From an uncultured bacterium (GTDB lineage: Bacteria > Patescibacteriota > Minisyncoccia > Moranbacterales > UBA2206): a stretch of DNA of 64,000 nucleotides. Below the pieces are notes generated by a model. The model saw only the letters and a program-made list of their open reading frames with translations. It did not search any database and had not been told where the DNA came from. Each line of letters opens with the position of its first letter. Position 1 is the first letter of the stretch. The stretch is taken from the NCBI GenBank assembly GCA_903831805.1, contig CAIKZD010000007.1, positions 7,886-71,885 of the forward strand, written 5' to 3'. The translations under genes and the position numbers were made by a program. Positions 49,735 through 59,257 of the stretch are shown here, in pieces.

Positions 49735-50625
49735 ATGATATACGAAAATATAATCGAAATGATTGGGGGCACGCCCATGATAAAAATCAACAAGCTCAAT
49801 CCGAATAAGAACGTTTCCATCTATGCAAAACTGGAGGGTGCTAATCCGGGTGGGAGCGTGAAAGATCGTGTCGCTCTCAAGATGATTGAAAAAGCAATTG
49901 AAGAAGGGAAGTTGACGAAAGACAAAATTATCATTGAAGCGACTTCGGGAAACACCGGTATCGGCATTGCTATGATTGGGGCGGTCAAGGGCTACGCAGT
50001 AGAGATAGTCATGAGCGAGTCAGCCTCCATTGAGCGCCGGAAAATGATCCAGTCTTTTGGAGCGTCGATAGTCTTAACCGATCCTGGGAAAGGGACCGAC
50101 GGCGCAATTATGAAAGCGAGAGAGTTGGTGGCGAAAAATCCGGAAAAATATTTCATGCCTGATCAATTTTCCAATGATAATAATATCGCTGCTCATTATG
50201 AAGCGACGGCTGATGAAATCTGGAAAGACACGGCCGGCAAGATTGATTATTTCGTCTCCAGCATCGGAACTTCCGGGACGATTATGGGAATTTCCAAGAG
50301 ACTCAAGGAACTAAGCCCCGATATAAAAATCGTGTGCGCCTATCCTGAGCGCGGCCACTATATCCAAGGACTGAAAAATATGGAAGATGCCATCGTTCCC
50401 AAAATTTATGACAAAACAAAAATTGACGAGTTCATCATCATCGAGAGTGAAAAAGCTTTTGAGGCGGCACGGCGCTTAGCCAAGGAAGAAGGGCTTTTTG
50501 TGGGAATGTCGAGTGGAGCGGCGATGCTTGCAGCTTTGGAAATTTCCAAAAGGATAGATAGGGGAAACGTAGTGATGATTTTCCCAGATAGGGGGGAAAA
50601 GTATTTGAGTACTAAATTATTCTAG
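49735..50625 (+). CDS. Cysteine synthase (CysK/CysM PLP family)
   Basis: KLEGANPGGSVKDR, EATSGNTGI, GTSGT, GMSSGA, FPDRGEKYLST. Confidence 0.95.
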   Translation: MIYENIIEMIGGTPMIKINKLNPNKNVSIYAKLEGANPGGSVKDRVALKMIEKAIEEGKLTKDKIIIEATSGNTGIGIAMIGAVKGYAVEIVMSESASIERRKMIQSFGASIVLTDPGKGTDGAIMKARELVAKNPEKYFMPDQFSNDNNIAAHYEATADEIWKDTAGKIDYFVSSIGTSGTIMGISKRLKELSPDIKIVCAYPERGHYIQGLKNMEDAIVPKIYDKTKIDEFIIIESEKAFEAARRLAKEEGLFVGMSSGAAMLAALEISKRIDRGNVVMIFPDRGEKYLSTKLF

Positions 50626-50633
50626 CTAAATTT

Positions 50634-50738
50634 ATGCGAAAGATCACATTAGTATCGATAGCTGATCTGAAGCCGCATGAACATATTATTCCTGAAAGAC
50701 CGATGAGAATTAATGTTCCCCTAGATGACCTTATGTAG
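50634..50738 (+). pseudogene. Internally deleted ParB-like/SerK-like remnant (34 aa)
   Basis: MRKITLVSIADLKPHE fused directly to HIIPERPMRINVPLDDLM*. Confidence 0.5.
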
Positions 50739-50777
50739 GGTTGCCAAAAATCCCAACAACAAGCATAATGGAGGATA

Positions 50778-51238
50778 TGAAACTCCTCGTCGAAATTAAC
50801 AATCTTTCCACTTGCCGGATCAGGGAAGATTTTTTTATCAGAACTATCAAGGAAACCTTAAAGCACAGTGGGTATGATTTTTTGCGGGCAAAAAATGTTT
50901 CGCTCAGTTTAGCTTTGGTCAAGCCGGAAGAGATTAAGAAATTGAATAAAAAATATAGGCAGAAGAATAGCGTGACAGATGTCTTGTCTTTTGCAGAATA
51001 CAAAAATCGCTCAGCGCTGGAAAAAGTTGGGGAGAAGGAAGTGTTTCTCGGTGAGCTGGTTTTGTGTTATAATGATATCAAAGAATACGCGCAAATATAT
51101 AAGGAAGATGTCAGGCAGGAATTGGCGCGCGTCGTGTCCCACGGCTTGCTTCATCTTTTAGGTTTTTCTCATGGAGCGCGCATGTTTTCTCTGCAAAAGA
51201 TAGTGGCGGACAAAATTGCCGGGCCAGCCGCAAAGTAA
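50778..51238 (+). CDS. ybeY: rRNA maturation endoribonuclease YbeY
   Basis: LNKKYRQK..VTDVLSF, LGELVLC, HGLLHLLGFSH. Confidence 0.93.
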
Positions 51239-51265
51239 TTTAATTTCCATAAATAACAAAGTAAA

Positions 51266-51628
51266 ATGAATAGGCTTAAGCAATTCACGAAAAGTCTCTC
51301 TTTCGCCGTTCGCGGCCTCAAATACGTCCTGCGCAATGAAAAGAATTTTCAGAACGAACTGGCTGTTGGAATTTTGGTGGTCGCGGCCATGATATATTTT
51401 CATGTGACGCGCGCCGAGATGATTGTACTCTTCATCATCATTATGGCGGTGCTCATCATGGAATTGGTCAATACGATTTTGGAAAGAGTGGTGGATATCC
51501 TAAAACCGCGCGTCCATCCGTATGCCCGGCTCATCAAAGACCTGATGGCGGCTAGCGTCCTTTTGACTTCTATTTTGGCAGTCATCATCGGTGGGCTCAT
51601 ATTTTTTCCTTACGTGATGAAGCATTAG
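51266..51628 (+). CDS. dgkA: Diacylglycerol/undecaprenol kinase
   Basis: FAVRGL..V...EKNF, ELVNTILERVVD, IKDLMAASV; follows ybeY. Confidence 0.9.
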   Translation: MNRLKQFTKSLSFAVRGLKYVLRNEKNFQNELAVGILVVAAMIYFHVTRAEMIVLFIIIMAVLIMELVNTILERVVDILKPRVHPYARLIKDLMAASVLLTSILAVIIGGLIFFPYVMKH

Positions 51629-51720
51629 TGAGGAGCAGAAAAATTTTTGTTTGTGAATGTTGAATTTTTGTAATATAATTTAGAGGGTTTCAAAAAGACT
51701 TAATCATAAAGCATTTAAAA

Positions 51721-52980
51721 ATGTCTAAGAAAGATATCATTTGCGCTATTGACGTCGGATCTTCCAACGTAAGAACAATTATCGCTCAAATCATCGCCGC
51801 GGAAGAAAAACCGCGAATCATCGGCATCGGTGTCTCGCCGTCTTTTGGGGTGCGAAAAGGCATGATTGTTGATATCGAAGAGACGCTGAAATCTATCAGT
51901 AGCTCAGTAGAAAAAGCGGAAATGACGGCTGGAGTGGCGGTCACGCGCGCCCTAGTGAGCATTGGCGGCAATCACATCTCGTCTCAATATTCCAAGGGCG
52001 TGATTGCGGTCGGCCGCGCGGACGGCGAAGTGACGGAAGATGATCTAGATCGAGTGATTGCGGCGGCTCAAGCCATTTCCATTCCGCCTAACAAGGAAAT
52101 TTTGCATATTATCCCACGAAACTATTCTCTGGATGACCAAAAAAATATCAAGGATCCGATGGGCATGAACGGAGTGCGCTTGGAAGTGGATGCGCTTATC
52201 ATCGAAGGCTCCACGCCTTACATCAAAAATCTGTCCAAATGTTTTGCGACTGCCCGGATTGACATTGAGAGTTTTGTGCTGACTTCTTTGGCTGCGGCGC
52301 GCGCCACCCTCAGCAAACGGCAAAAAGAGTTGGGCGTTGTTTTGGTGGACATCGGGGGCGGGACGACTTCCATCGCCGTATTCGAAGAAGACGATCTGCT
52401 TTTAAGTACGGTCATTCCGGTGGGTGGCAACCATATCACTAACGACATCGCCATTGGCCTCAGGACTTCCATCGACGTGGCGGAAAAGATTAAGATGGAA
52501 TTCGGCAATGCCATTCCGCGCGATATTAGCAAAAAAGAAGATATCAATTTGTCCGAACTGGACTCAAGCGAAGAGGGGATAGTTTCGCGCTATCATGTGG
52601 CGGAAATAATCGAAGCTCGCTTGGAAGAAATTTTCACCATGGTGGACAAGGAGCTGAAAGCTATCGGCAAGGATAAATTGTTGCCTGCCGGCGCCGTGCT
52701 GACCGGCGGCACGTCTAAACTGCCGGGCGTAATCGATCTGGCGAAAGAAGTGCTGGCTTTGCCGGCGCAAACTGGCTTTCCAATTCCGCTCGGAGGGTTG
52801 GTGGATAAGGTGGATGAGCCGTCTTTTGCGACCGCCGTGGGGCTTTTGGTCTGGGGCGTGGACGATGCTCAAATGGGGGTAAAAAGCGGCTATAGCGGCA
52901 AATTTAGGGAAATTTTCACCAAAAACCCCGGCGGAAAAGTGGGCAGTGTCAAGCTTTGGCTGGAAAAATTTTTACCTTAA
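51721..52980 (+). CDS. ftsA: Cell division protein FtsA
   Basis: IDVGSS, PMGMNGVRLE, VDIGGGTT, GGNHITNDIA, VLTGG. Confidence 0.96.
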   Translation: MSKKDIICAIDVGSSNVRTIIAQIIAAEEKPRIIGIGVSPSFGVRKGMIVDIEETLKSISSSVEKAEMTAGVAVTRALVSIGGNHISSQYSKGVIAVGRADGEVTEDDLDRVIAAAQAISIPPNKEILHIIPRNYSLDDQKNIKDPMGMNGVRLEVDALIIEGSTPYIKNLSKCFATARIDIESFVLTSLAAARATLSKRQKELGVVLVDIGGGTTSIAVFEEDDLLLSTVIPVGGNHITNDIAIGLRTSIDVAEKIKMEFGNAIPRDISKKEDINLSELDSSEEGIVSRYHVAEIIEARLEEIFTMVDKELKAIGKDKLLPAGAVLTGGTSKLPGVIDLAKEVLALPAQTGFPIPLGGLVDKVDEPSFATAVGLLVWGVDDAQMGVKSGYSGKFREIFTKNPGGKVGSVKLWLEKFLP

Positions 52981-53233
52981 AATCAAATAAATGGCCATAA
53001 TTTGACACAAACCGGTTTAGTATGGTAGATTTAAGTACTGGGATATTCCTATTTTTTCCATGAAAATTGGACCAATGGTGAATGATTGCAGTACCAAAAA
53101 CTCAAAACCAAAAATAAAAACTCAAACCGTTACGCGATAAATCTTTCTGTTGGCAGGATGGTAGGTTGAGATTTACTTTTGATTTTTGAGTTTATTTTTT
53201 TAAATTAAATTTTTTTTGAATACATAAAAACAT

Positions 53234-54490
53234 ATGGCAGAAATAAAACCCCCGGTAGAAACTTTTGCAAGAATTAAGGTCATCGGTGTCGGCGGATCCG
53301 GCGGACATGCTATTTCCCGCATGATTGAATCGAAATTGAAAGGCGTGGAATTTGTGGCCATTAATACTGATGCGCAAGATTTGCATCATAACAAAGCCGC
53401 CGAGAAAGTGCATATCGGGAAAAACTTGACCAAGGGTCTGGGGGCCGGCATGAATCCGGATGTGGGACGCCAAGCCGCTGAAGAAAATCGTGATGAGATT
53501 CAAGAAATTTTGAAAGGGGCCGATATGGTGTTTGTCACTTGCGGACTAGGTGGCGGCACAGGTACCGGGGCAGCCCCGATTGTGGCGGAAACGGCCAAAG
53601 AATTGGGAGCCTTGACCGTGGCGGTCATCACCAAACCTTTCAGTTTTGAAGGCGCACAGCGTCGGGCTATCGCCGAAGAAGGTTTGGAAAATTTGCGGGA
53701 ACGCGTGGATACGCTCATCACTATTCCCAACGACAAACTGTTGCAAATCATTGATAAAAAAACTACCCTCATCAATTCTTTTAAAATTGTGGATGATGTT
53801 TTGCGCCAAGGGGTGCAAGGCATTTCTGATCTTATTACGAAACCGGGCATAGTCAACGTGGACTTTGCAGACGTGAAAGCTATTATGTCCAATAGTGGTT
53901 CCGCGCTCATGGGCATCGGTGTCGGCTCAGGCGAATCTCGCGCCCTGGACGCAGCTAAGGCGGCCATCAACAGTCCGCTTTTGGAACTGTCCATCGATGG
54001 GGCGAAAGGTGTGCTCTTCAATGTCAGCGGCTCGACTGACCTGACCATGCTCGAAATCAATGAAGCGGCCAATGTCATCACCGAATCCATCGATCCAAAC
54101 GCGAAAGTGATTTTTGGCGCAGTGGTGGATGAAACGATGAAAAAAGGTGAAGTGCAGATCACGGTGGTGGCTACCGGCTTTGATGCGGAAAACATCAAGG
54201 AATCTCCAGTCGAAAAACTCTCCCGCATGGCCAAAGATGACTCGCGCCGAGAAGATTCACGTCGAGAAGACTCGCGCCGCAAAGAAAGAGAAATGGATTC
54301 GGAACTAGATTTGGAATTGGAACCGAAAATGACTTTTCCGGAAAAATTCGGATCCAAAATGATCATCGAAGAAAAAGTGCCGCCGAAAAAACAGAACAAT
54401 TTCATGGCGACGCAAAAGAACAAAGAGCTGGAAGACGAAGACGACGAACTCGAAATCCCGGCGTTTATAAGGAGAAAGATGGGGAAATAG
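53234..54490 (+). CDS. ftsZ: Cell division protein FtsZ
   Basis: [24 protein letters not shown]-terminal LEIPAFIR. Confidence 0.98.
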   Translation: MAEIKPPVETFARIKVIGVGGSGGHAISRMIESKLKGVEFVAINTDAQDLHHNKAAEKVHIGKNLTKGLGAGMNPDVGRQAAEENRDEIQEILKGADMVFVTCGLGGGTGTGAAPIVAETAKELGALTVAVITKPFSFEGAQRRAIAEEGLENLRERVDTLITIPNDKLLQIIDKKTTLINSFKIVDDVLRQGVQGISDLITKPGIVNVDFADVKAIMSNSGSALMGIGVGSGESRALDAAKAAINSPLLELSIDGAKGVLFNVSGSTDLTMLEINEAANVITESIDPNAKVIFGAVVDETMKKGEVQITVVATGFDAENIKESPVEKLSRMAKDDSRREDSRREDSRRKEREMDSELDLELEPKMTFPEKFGSKMIIEEKVPPKKQNNFMATQKNKELEDEDDELEIPAFIRRKMGK

Positions 54491-54534
54491 TCCCGGATTA
54501 TTTTAGGAAAAACTTTGAATTAAATTCATAAATC

Positions 54535-54559
54535 AGCTCTGCTCAAGCAGGGCTTTTTT
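54535..54559 (+). terminator. Terminator after ftsZ
   Basis: agctctgc-tcaa-gcagggct + T-run. Confidence 0.75.
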
Positions 54560-54665
54560 GTTGCAAAAATTAGCAATTCAAGCTACCATTTATGTAAACA
54601 TTAACCTTGGTGCGGAGTTTGGTATAAAATATTGTGTAGTTATTATGGGTTTGATGAAGAATAAT

Positions 54666-55430
54666 ATGCCTGAAAAACAGATTATAATCGATGATTTGAG
54701 AATACATTATTATCAAAGTGATGATTTTGATGGAAAAAATACTACTGTTTTTTTGCATGGTTGGAATTCGGAATCAACACATTTAAAAAGTATTTTCCAA
54801 GAAGTTGATAATTGTATCGCGCTAGATCTCCCAGGCTTTGGTAAGAGTGATCGGCCGAATGCGGTGTGGGGCGTAGCGGAATATGCTGATTTATTGCGAA
54901 AGTTTCTGGAAAAACTGGCCATAGAAAATCCGATCTTAGTTGGACATTCTTTCGGTGGCAGTACAGCCATGAAATATCTATCTCAAGACGGCGCGGCTAA
55001 AAAATTGATTCTTTTGAGTGCAGCCGGAATAAGAAAAACCGGGGTGAAAATACACATATATAAAATTATAGCTAAAATTGTTGGATTTTTTTTGAAAATT
55101 CCAGTATTGACACACTTTCGTGATAGAATTAGAAAGAAAGCATACAAGATGATGGGTTCCGAAGACTATATAGAAGCGGGCGTATTAAAGGAGAGCTACA
55201 AGAAAATAATCCGTCAAGATTTGAGCGAGGAAATGAAAAAAATCAAAATCGAAACGGTTCTGATTTGGGGAGAAAACGACACGGCTACGCCGCTAGACCA
55301 TGGGAAGCGTATGCAAGAATTGATTAGCAATTCCGAGCTATTTATCATAAAATCAGCCGGACACTTTGCCTTTATCGATCAGCCGGAGGAATTTAAGAAA
55401 ATATTTTTACGCGAAATCAATGTTACTTAG
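54666..55430 (+). CDS. Alpha/beta hydrolase
   Basis: FLHGW, DLPGFG, GHSFGG, WGEND, AGHF. Confidence 0.9.
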   Translation: MPEKQIIIDDLRIHYYQSDDFDGKNTTVFLHGWNSESTHLKSIFQEVDNCIALDLPGFGKSDRPNAVWGVAEYADLLRKFLEKLAIENPILVGHSFGGSTAMKYLSQDGAAKKLILLSAAGIRKTGVKIHIYKIIAKIVGFFLKIPVLTHFRDRIRKKAYKMMGSEDYIEAGVLKESYKKIIRQDLSEEMKKIKIETVLIWGENDTATPLDHGKRMQELISNSELFIIKSAGHFAFIDQPEEFKKIFLREINVT

Positions 55431-56790
55431 AAATCTTATCTATATACTTCAGCTCAATCTCTACGAGACGAAAAAATTCTTGCGTTTTGCCTACACGCAC
55501 CTGACTTGGTGGAAGTTGGAAAAACGCGCGGCACTTGTTTGGACGAATAAAGTTAGACTTATCTATAGTGTAACGGCTTTTTTGCTGGCGGTAGTCGCAA
55601 TTTTTTCTTTTTGGAAATTTTGGCTGGGTAGCTTAGCGATTGTCAGTTTGGAAATCGTCATGTTGCCCTTTTTTGTGAGCTTAGCGAATATCCTGATTGG
55701 TCCACTAGATAAGTATTTAAAAAACAAACTGATTGCCCGGGCGAAAGACATCTTGCGAAAATATGATGATGTAGTGGTTATCGGGATAGCCGGCAGTTAC
55801 GGGAAAACTTCGACACGGGAAATTATGGCAACTATACTGGAAGAAAAATTCCGTACGTTCAAATTGACAGAAAACATAAACACAGACGTCGGCATTGCTG
55901 ATTTTATCGTTAAAAATCCTGGTTTTCTACGGAACAATAAAATCTTCATCGTCGAGATGGGGGCATACCAGATAGGTGACATCAAAAATATTTGCGAATT
56001 GGTCCGTCCGGAGTATGCTATTCTCACCGGTGTTAATGAATCTCACCTGGAGCGTTTTAGCAGTCTGGAAAACATCATTCAGGCTAAATTCGAACTGCCG
56101 CAAGAAACTAGAAATATGTCAGTTCTGAATCTGGACGATGAAAATATCAGGAAAAATTATAGCCGGTTTAATTTGAAAAATATCTCAATGGTTTCCCAGG
56201 ATGAAATAGGAAATATAGAAAGTCAAAAAAATTTTTCTGGTCTCAAATTTGAAATAGCCGGAGTGAATTTCAAGACCAAGCTTTTAGCGAAGCACAACGT
56301 TTCACTTATCCTGCTGGCGGCTAAGATTGCAAAGGAATTAGGGATGACGATGGAGGAAGTGGCTAGTGCGGTGGAAAAAATCGAATATATACCGCATCGG
56401 ATCGAACCAATCTACAATTCACAAACAAATGTCTGGGTGATTGACGACAGTTATAATGGAAATTTTGCTGGAATTATGAGCGGTCTCGAGGTGCTAGCTC
56501 TCTCTACCGGACGTAAACTAGTTCTCACTCCCGGTCTCGTTGAACTGGGCAAAAAAACGAAAGAAGTGCATAATAGGATTGGTCGTTTATATGCAAAAAA
56601 CAAGATAGATTTGGTGATGTTAGTTAAAAGCCCGGCTGCACCGCATATCATTGCGGGTATGGAGGGGGAAGGTTTCAGAAATTATCAAGTTTTCAATTCG
56701 ACGGAAGCGGCGCATGCCGCTTTGCCACAGATAATCCGAAACGGCGACACAATCATTTTTCAAAATGATCTGCCGGATAATTATTTTTAA
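55420..56790 (+). CDS. murF: Mur ligase, MurF-like, with N-terminal TM segments
   Basis: GIAGSYGKTST, VEMGAY, IDDSYNGN, TPGLVELG, NDLPDNY. Confidence 0.8.
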   Translation: MLLRNLIYILQLNLYETKKFLRFAYTHLTWWKLEKRAALVWTNKVRLIYSVTAFLLAVVAIFSFWKFWLGSLAIVSLEIVMLPFFVSLANILIGPLDKYLKNKLIARAKDILRKYDDVVVIGIAGSYGKTSTREIMATILEEKFRTFKLTENINTDVGIADFIVKNPGFLRNNKIFIVEMGAYQIGDIKNICELVRPEYAILTGVNESHLERFSSLENIIQAKFELPQETRNMSVLNLDDENIRKNYSRFNLKNISMVSQDEIGNIESQKNFSGLKFEIAGVNFKTKLLAKHNVSLILLAAKIAKELGMTMEEVASAVEKIEYIPHRIEPIYNSQTNVWVIDDSYNGNFAGIMSGLEVLALSTGRKLVLTPGLVELGKKTKEVHNRIGRLYAKNKIDLVMLVKSPAAPHIIAGMEGEGFRNYQVFNSTEAAHAALPQIIRNGDTIIFQNDLPDNYF

Positions 56791-56800
56791 ACATAATAGT

Positions 56801-57967
56801 ATGAATATTGGAATATTTTTTGGCGGAAAGAGTCCAGAACATGATGTGTCTATCATAACGGGGGAACTGGTCATCTCAGAAATGAAAAAGATGGGACTGC
56901 AAGTTACGTCGGTCTATCTTGGAAAAGGCGGCGAGTGGTACATTGATGAACGATTAGGCAAATTAAAATTTTTCCAAGATAAGAATTATAGCGAAAAACT
57001 GAAGGATTTTGAGAACTATTCTCTTGATTTGAAAAATTCCCGCGGTAAATTGGTTTTTGAAAAGGCCGGATTCATGTCGAAAAAAATCACTATTGATCTG
57101 GCCTTCCCTTGCTTTCACGGTTCCAACGGTGAGGATGGAACTATTCAAGGACTTTTTGAAATTATCAATGTGCCTTATATCGGTTGCGACGTAGCTTCGT
57201 CCGCAATTTCTTTTGACAAAATTCTGACTAAGCTTTTATATCAAAGTCTGAACATTCCAGCAACAAAATTCATCCATTTTAGTGGCCGCGATTGGGACAA
57301 CAATAAGAATGGGGTAATCGAGAATATAAAAGCTAATTTGCGCTTTCCACTTTTCGTGAAGCCGCCAAGGCTGGGTTCATCGATCGGTATCACGCGCGCC
57401 AAGGATGACAAAGAATTAGAGTTCGGAATAGAAGTAGCATTGCATTACGGTGAAAAAGTTTTAGTCGAGGAGGGGGTGGATAATCTCGCGGATATTACTT
57501 GTTGTATTATCGGCAACGGCGAGCCGATAGCATCCTTGGTGCAGGAGTCGGTTTTTGAGAGCGATATGTTTGATTTTAATGAAAAATATCTGAAAGACGG
57601 TGGGGCACAAACGGGTAACGCGCAAAATCGCCTGGTCATTCCGGCGCGGTTGGATGAGAAGACGACTGTGGAAGTTCAGGAAATGGCTAAAAAAATTTAC
57701 GTCAATATCGGAGCGAGTGGTATCGCCCGGGTGGATTTTCTTTTCGATAAGAAAACAAGCAAGGTTTATGCCAATGAAATCAACCCTTTGCCGGGCACGC
57801 TCTATCATCATCTCTGGAAGGCGAGCGGCCTAGAATTGGCCGATCTTATCAAAAAACTTTTGGAATATGCCACAGAACGGCATGCAGCTAAAAACAAATT
57901 AACTTACACTTTTAAGACCGATCTTATGGCATTTGCTGGCTCAGTGAAATTGAAGATGGAAAAATAA
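56801..57967 (+). CDS. ddl: D-alanine--D-alanine ligase family protein
   Basis: FGGKSPEHDVS, HGSNGEDGTIQG, VKPPRLGSSIG, NEINPLPG. Confidence 0.92.
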   Translation: MNIGIFFGGKSPEHDVSIITGELVISEMKKMGLQVTSVYLGKGGEWYIDERLGKLKFFQDKNYSEKLKDFENYSLDLKNSRGKLVFEKAGFMSKKITIDLAFPCFHGSNGEDGTIQGLFEIINVPYIGCDVASSAISFDKILTKLLYQSLNIPATKFIHFSGRDWDNNKNGVIENIKANLRFPLFVKPPRLGSSIGITRAKDDKELEFGIEVALHYGEKVLVEEGVDNLADITCCIIGNGEPIASLVQESVFESDMFDFNEKYLKDGGAQTGNAQNRLVIPARLDEKTTVEVQEMAKKIYVNIGASGIARVDFLFDKKTSKVYANEINPLPGTLYHHLWKASGLELADLIKKLLEYATERHAAKNKLTYTFKTDLMAFAGSVKLKMEK

Positions 57968-58161
57968 AAAGCAGGCTGCCTAATTGGATGGTATGGACTT
58001 TTCTATTTTTTTGGATAAATTAATTGAGTCGGCGGTTAAGCGATATGCGAGGGAAAATAAGTTAAAAAATAATTGATAGTATATTTCAATTAGGAACCCC
58101 CAGCGTTATTTAGGCCTGTTTTTGCTTTGCCTCGTTGCTTTTTTTGTGCTATAATTACATT

Positions 58162-58416
58162 ATGGAACTTAACGATTTCGCTAAAAAAAGGCCATATTTG
58201 TTCTGGTCTACTAATGATTTTGAGAACCTTTCCGAAGAAATAATCGTCGAGACGGTTTTGAATTTGGGCACTTGGGAGGATACGCAAGAACTTATTGAGA
58301 TACTGGGCATGGAAAAAACAGCCTCGATTTTTCGGAAAAAAGCGGAGATAAAAAGAAATAACTTTCGTCCAGGGATAAAAAATTATTTTGAATTATACTT
58401 CAAAAAATATGCATAA
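58162..58416 (+). CDS. Small protein, DUF6922-like putative antitoxin
   Basis: PYLFWS, IIVETVLNLG.WED; overlaps the downstream nucleotidyltransferase start. Confidence 0.65.
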   Translation: MELNDFAKKRPYLFWSTNDFENLSEEIIVETVLNLGTWEDTQELIEILGMEKTASIFRKKAEIKRNNFRPGIKNYFELYFKKYA

Positions 58417-59020
58417 GGAAATTTTATCGAAAAAACAGGCCGAGCTTTTGCCGCAACTCAGAGAATTTTCACGCGATTTCGCGCTAGTCGGCGGCACAGC
58501 CATCGCCCTTCATTTGGGGCACCGCCAATCGATTGATTTTGATCTGGCTGTTGTAAATACAAAAATTGATGCGACCGGTATCCGAAAAAAAATTCTGAAA
58601 TTTGAGAAAATTGAAACGGTCCTTATTGATAGCGGGGATGAATATACGTTCATTGCTGGTGGTATAAAGTTTACTTTTATGAATTATCCTTTTTCGCTGG
58701 AGTTTTCTGAAAAAATAGAGGATATCATTGCGCTTCCCGATGTTGTCACTCTTTCAGCCATGAAAGCTTATGCTTTGGGAAGGCGCGCTAAGTGGAAAGA
58801 TTATGTCGATTTATATTTCATTGCGGAAAAGTTAGGTTCGATACTGCCTATAATTGAAAAATCAAAAGAGATTTTCGGAACTGAATTTAGTGAAAAAAAC
58901 TTTCGCTCACAACTGGCTTATTTTGAAGATATCGATTATTCGGAAAAAGTTATTTTTATGGAAGGCTTTGCAGTGGGAGATGCGGAAATAAAAAAGAAGC
59001 TTCTGGTATGGTCTGTTTAG
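58409..59020 (+). CDS. AbiEii/AbiGii-like nucleotidyltransferase toxin
   Basis: LVGGTAIALHLGHRQSIDFD, AMKAYALGRRAKWKDYVDLY. Confidence 0.85.
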   Translation: MHKEILSKKQAELLPQLREFSRDFALVGGTAIALHLGHRQSIDFDLAVVNTKIDATGIRKKILKFEKIETVLIDSGDEYTFIAGGIKFTFMNYPFSLEFSEKIEDIIALPDVVTLSAMKAYALGRRAKWKDYVDLYFIAEKLGSILPIIEKSKEIFGTEFSEKNFRSQLAYFEDIDYSEKVIFMEGFAVGDAEIKKKLLVWSV

Positions 59021-59039
59021 ATTTATTCAGAATAGCCTT

Positions 59040-59126
59040 ATGGTGACCCAAAAGAATAAAGAACTGGAAGACGAAGACGACGAACTCGAAATCCCAGCTT
59101 TCATCCGGAGGAAGATGGGGAAGTAG
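59040..59126 (+). other. Second copy of the ftsZ last 28 codons (ATG-initiated mini-ORF or displaced gene end)
   Basis: [28 protein letters not shown] versus 54404-54490; 10 synonymous changes and 1 non-synonymous. Confidence 0.9.
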
Positions 59127-59257
59127 ACAAAAATGACCTCATGAAATTCATTAAAATCTTTAAAAAACTCTGTATAAACAGAGTTTTTTGTTGCAGTAGG
59201 CGACTGTACTTTTTATCCCCGGGGATATATAATTATTGAGTATCAATTTTTTTAATC

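Noticed and set aside
54236-54280. DSRRE x3 repeat in FtsZ
   Set aside because: Degenerate in-frame repeat in the disordered linker; ordinary.
53500-54423. 307-aa antisense ORF in ftsZ
   Set aside because: Typical antisense shadow of a conserved, codon-biased gene.
59040-59126. Mini-ORF as the RiPP precursor for the neighbouring radical SAM/YcaO genes
   Set aside because: It is a copy of the FtsZ tail and has no Cys/Ser-rich core.
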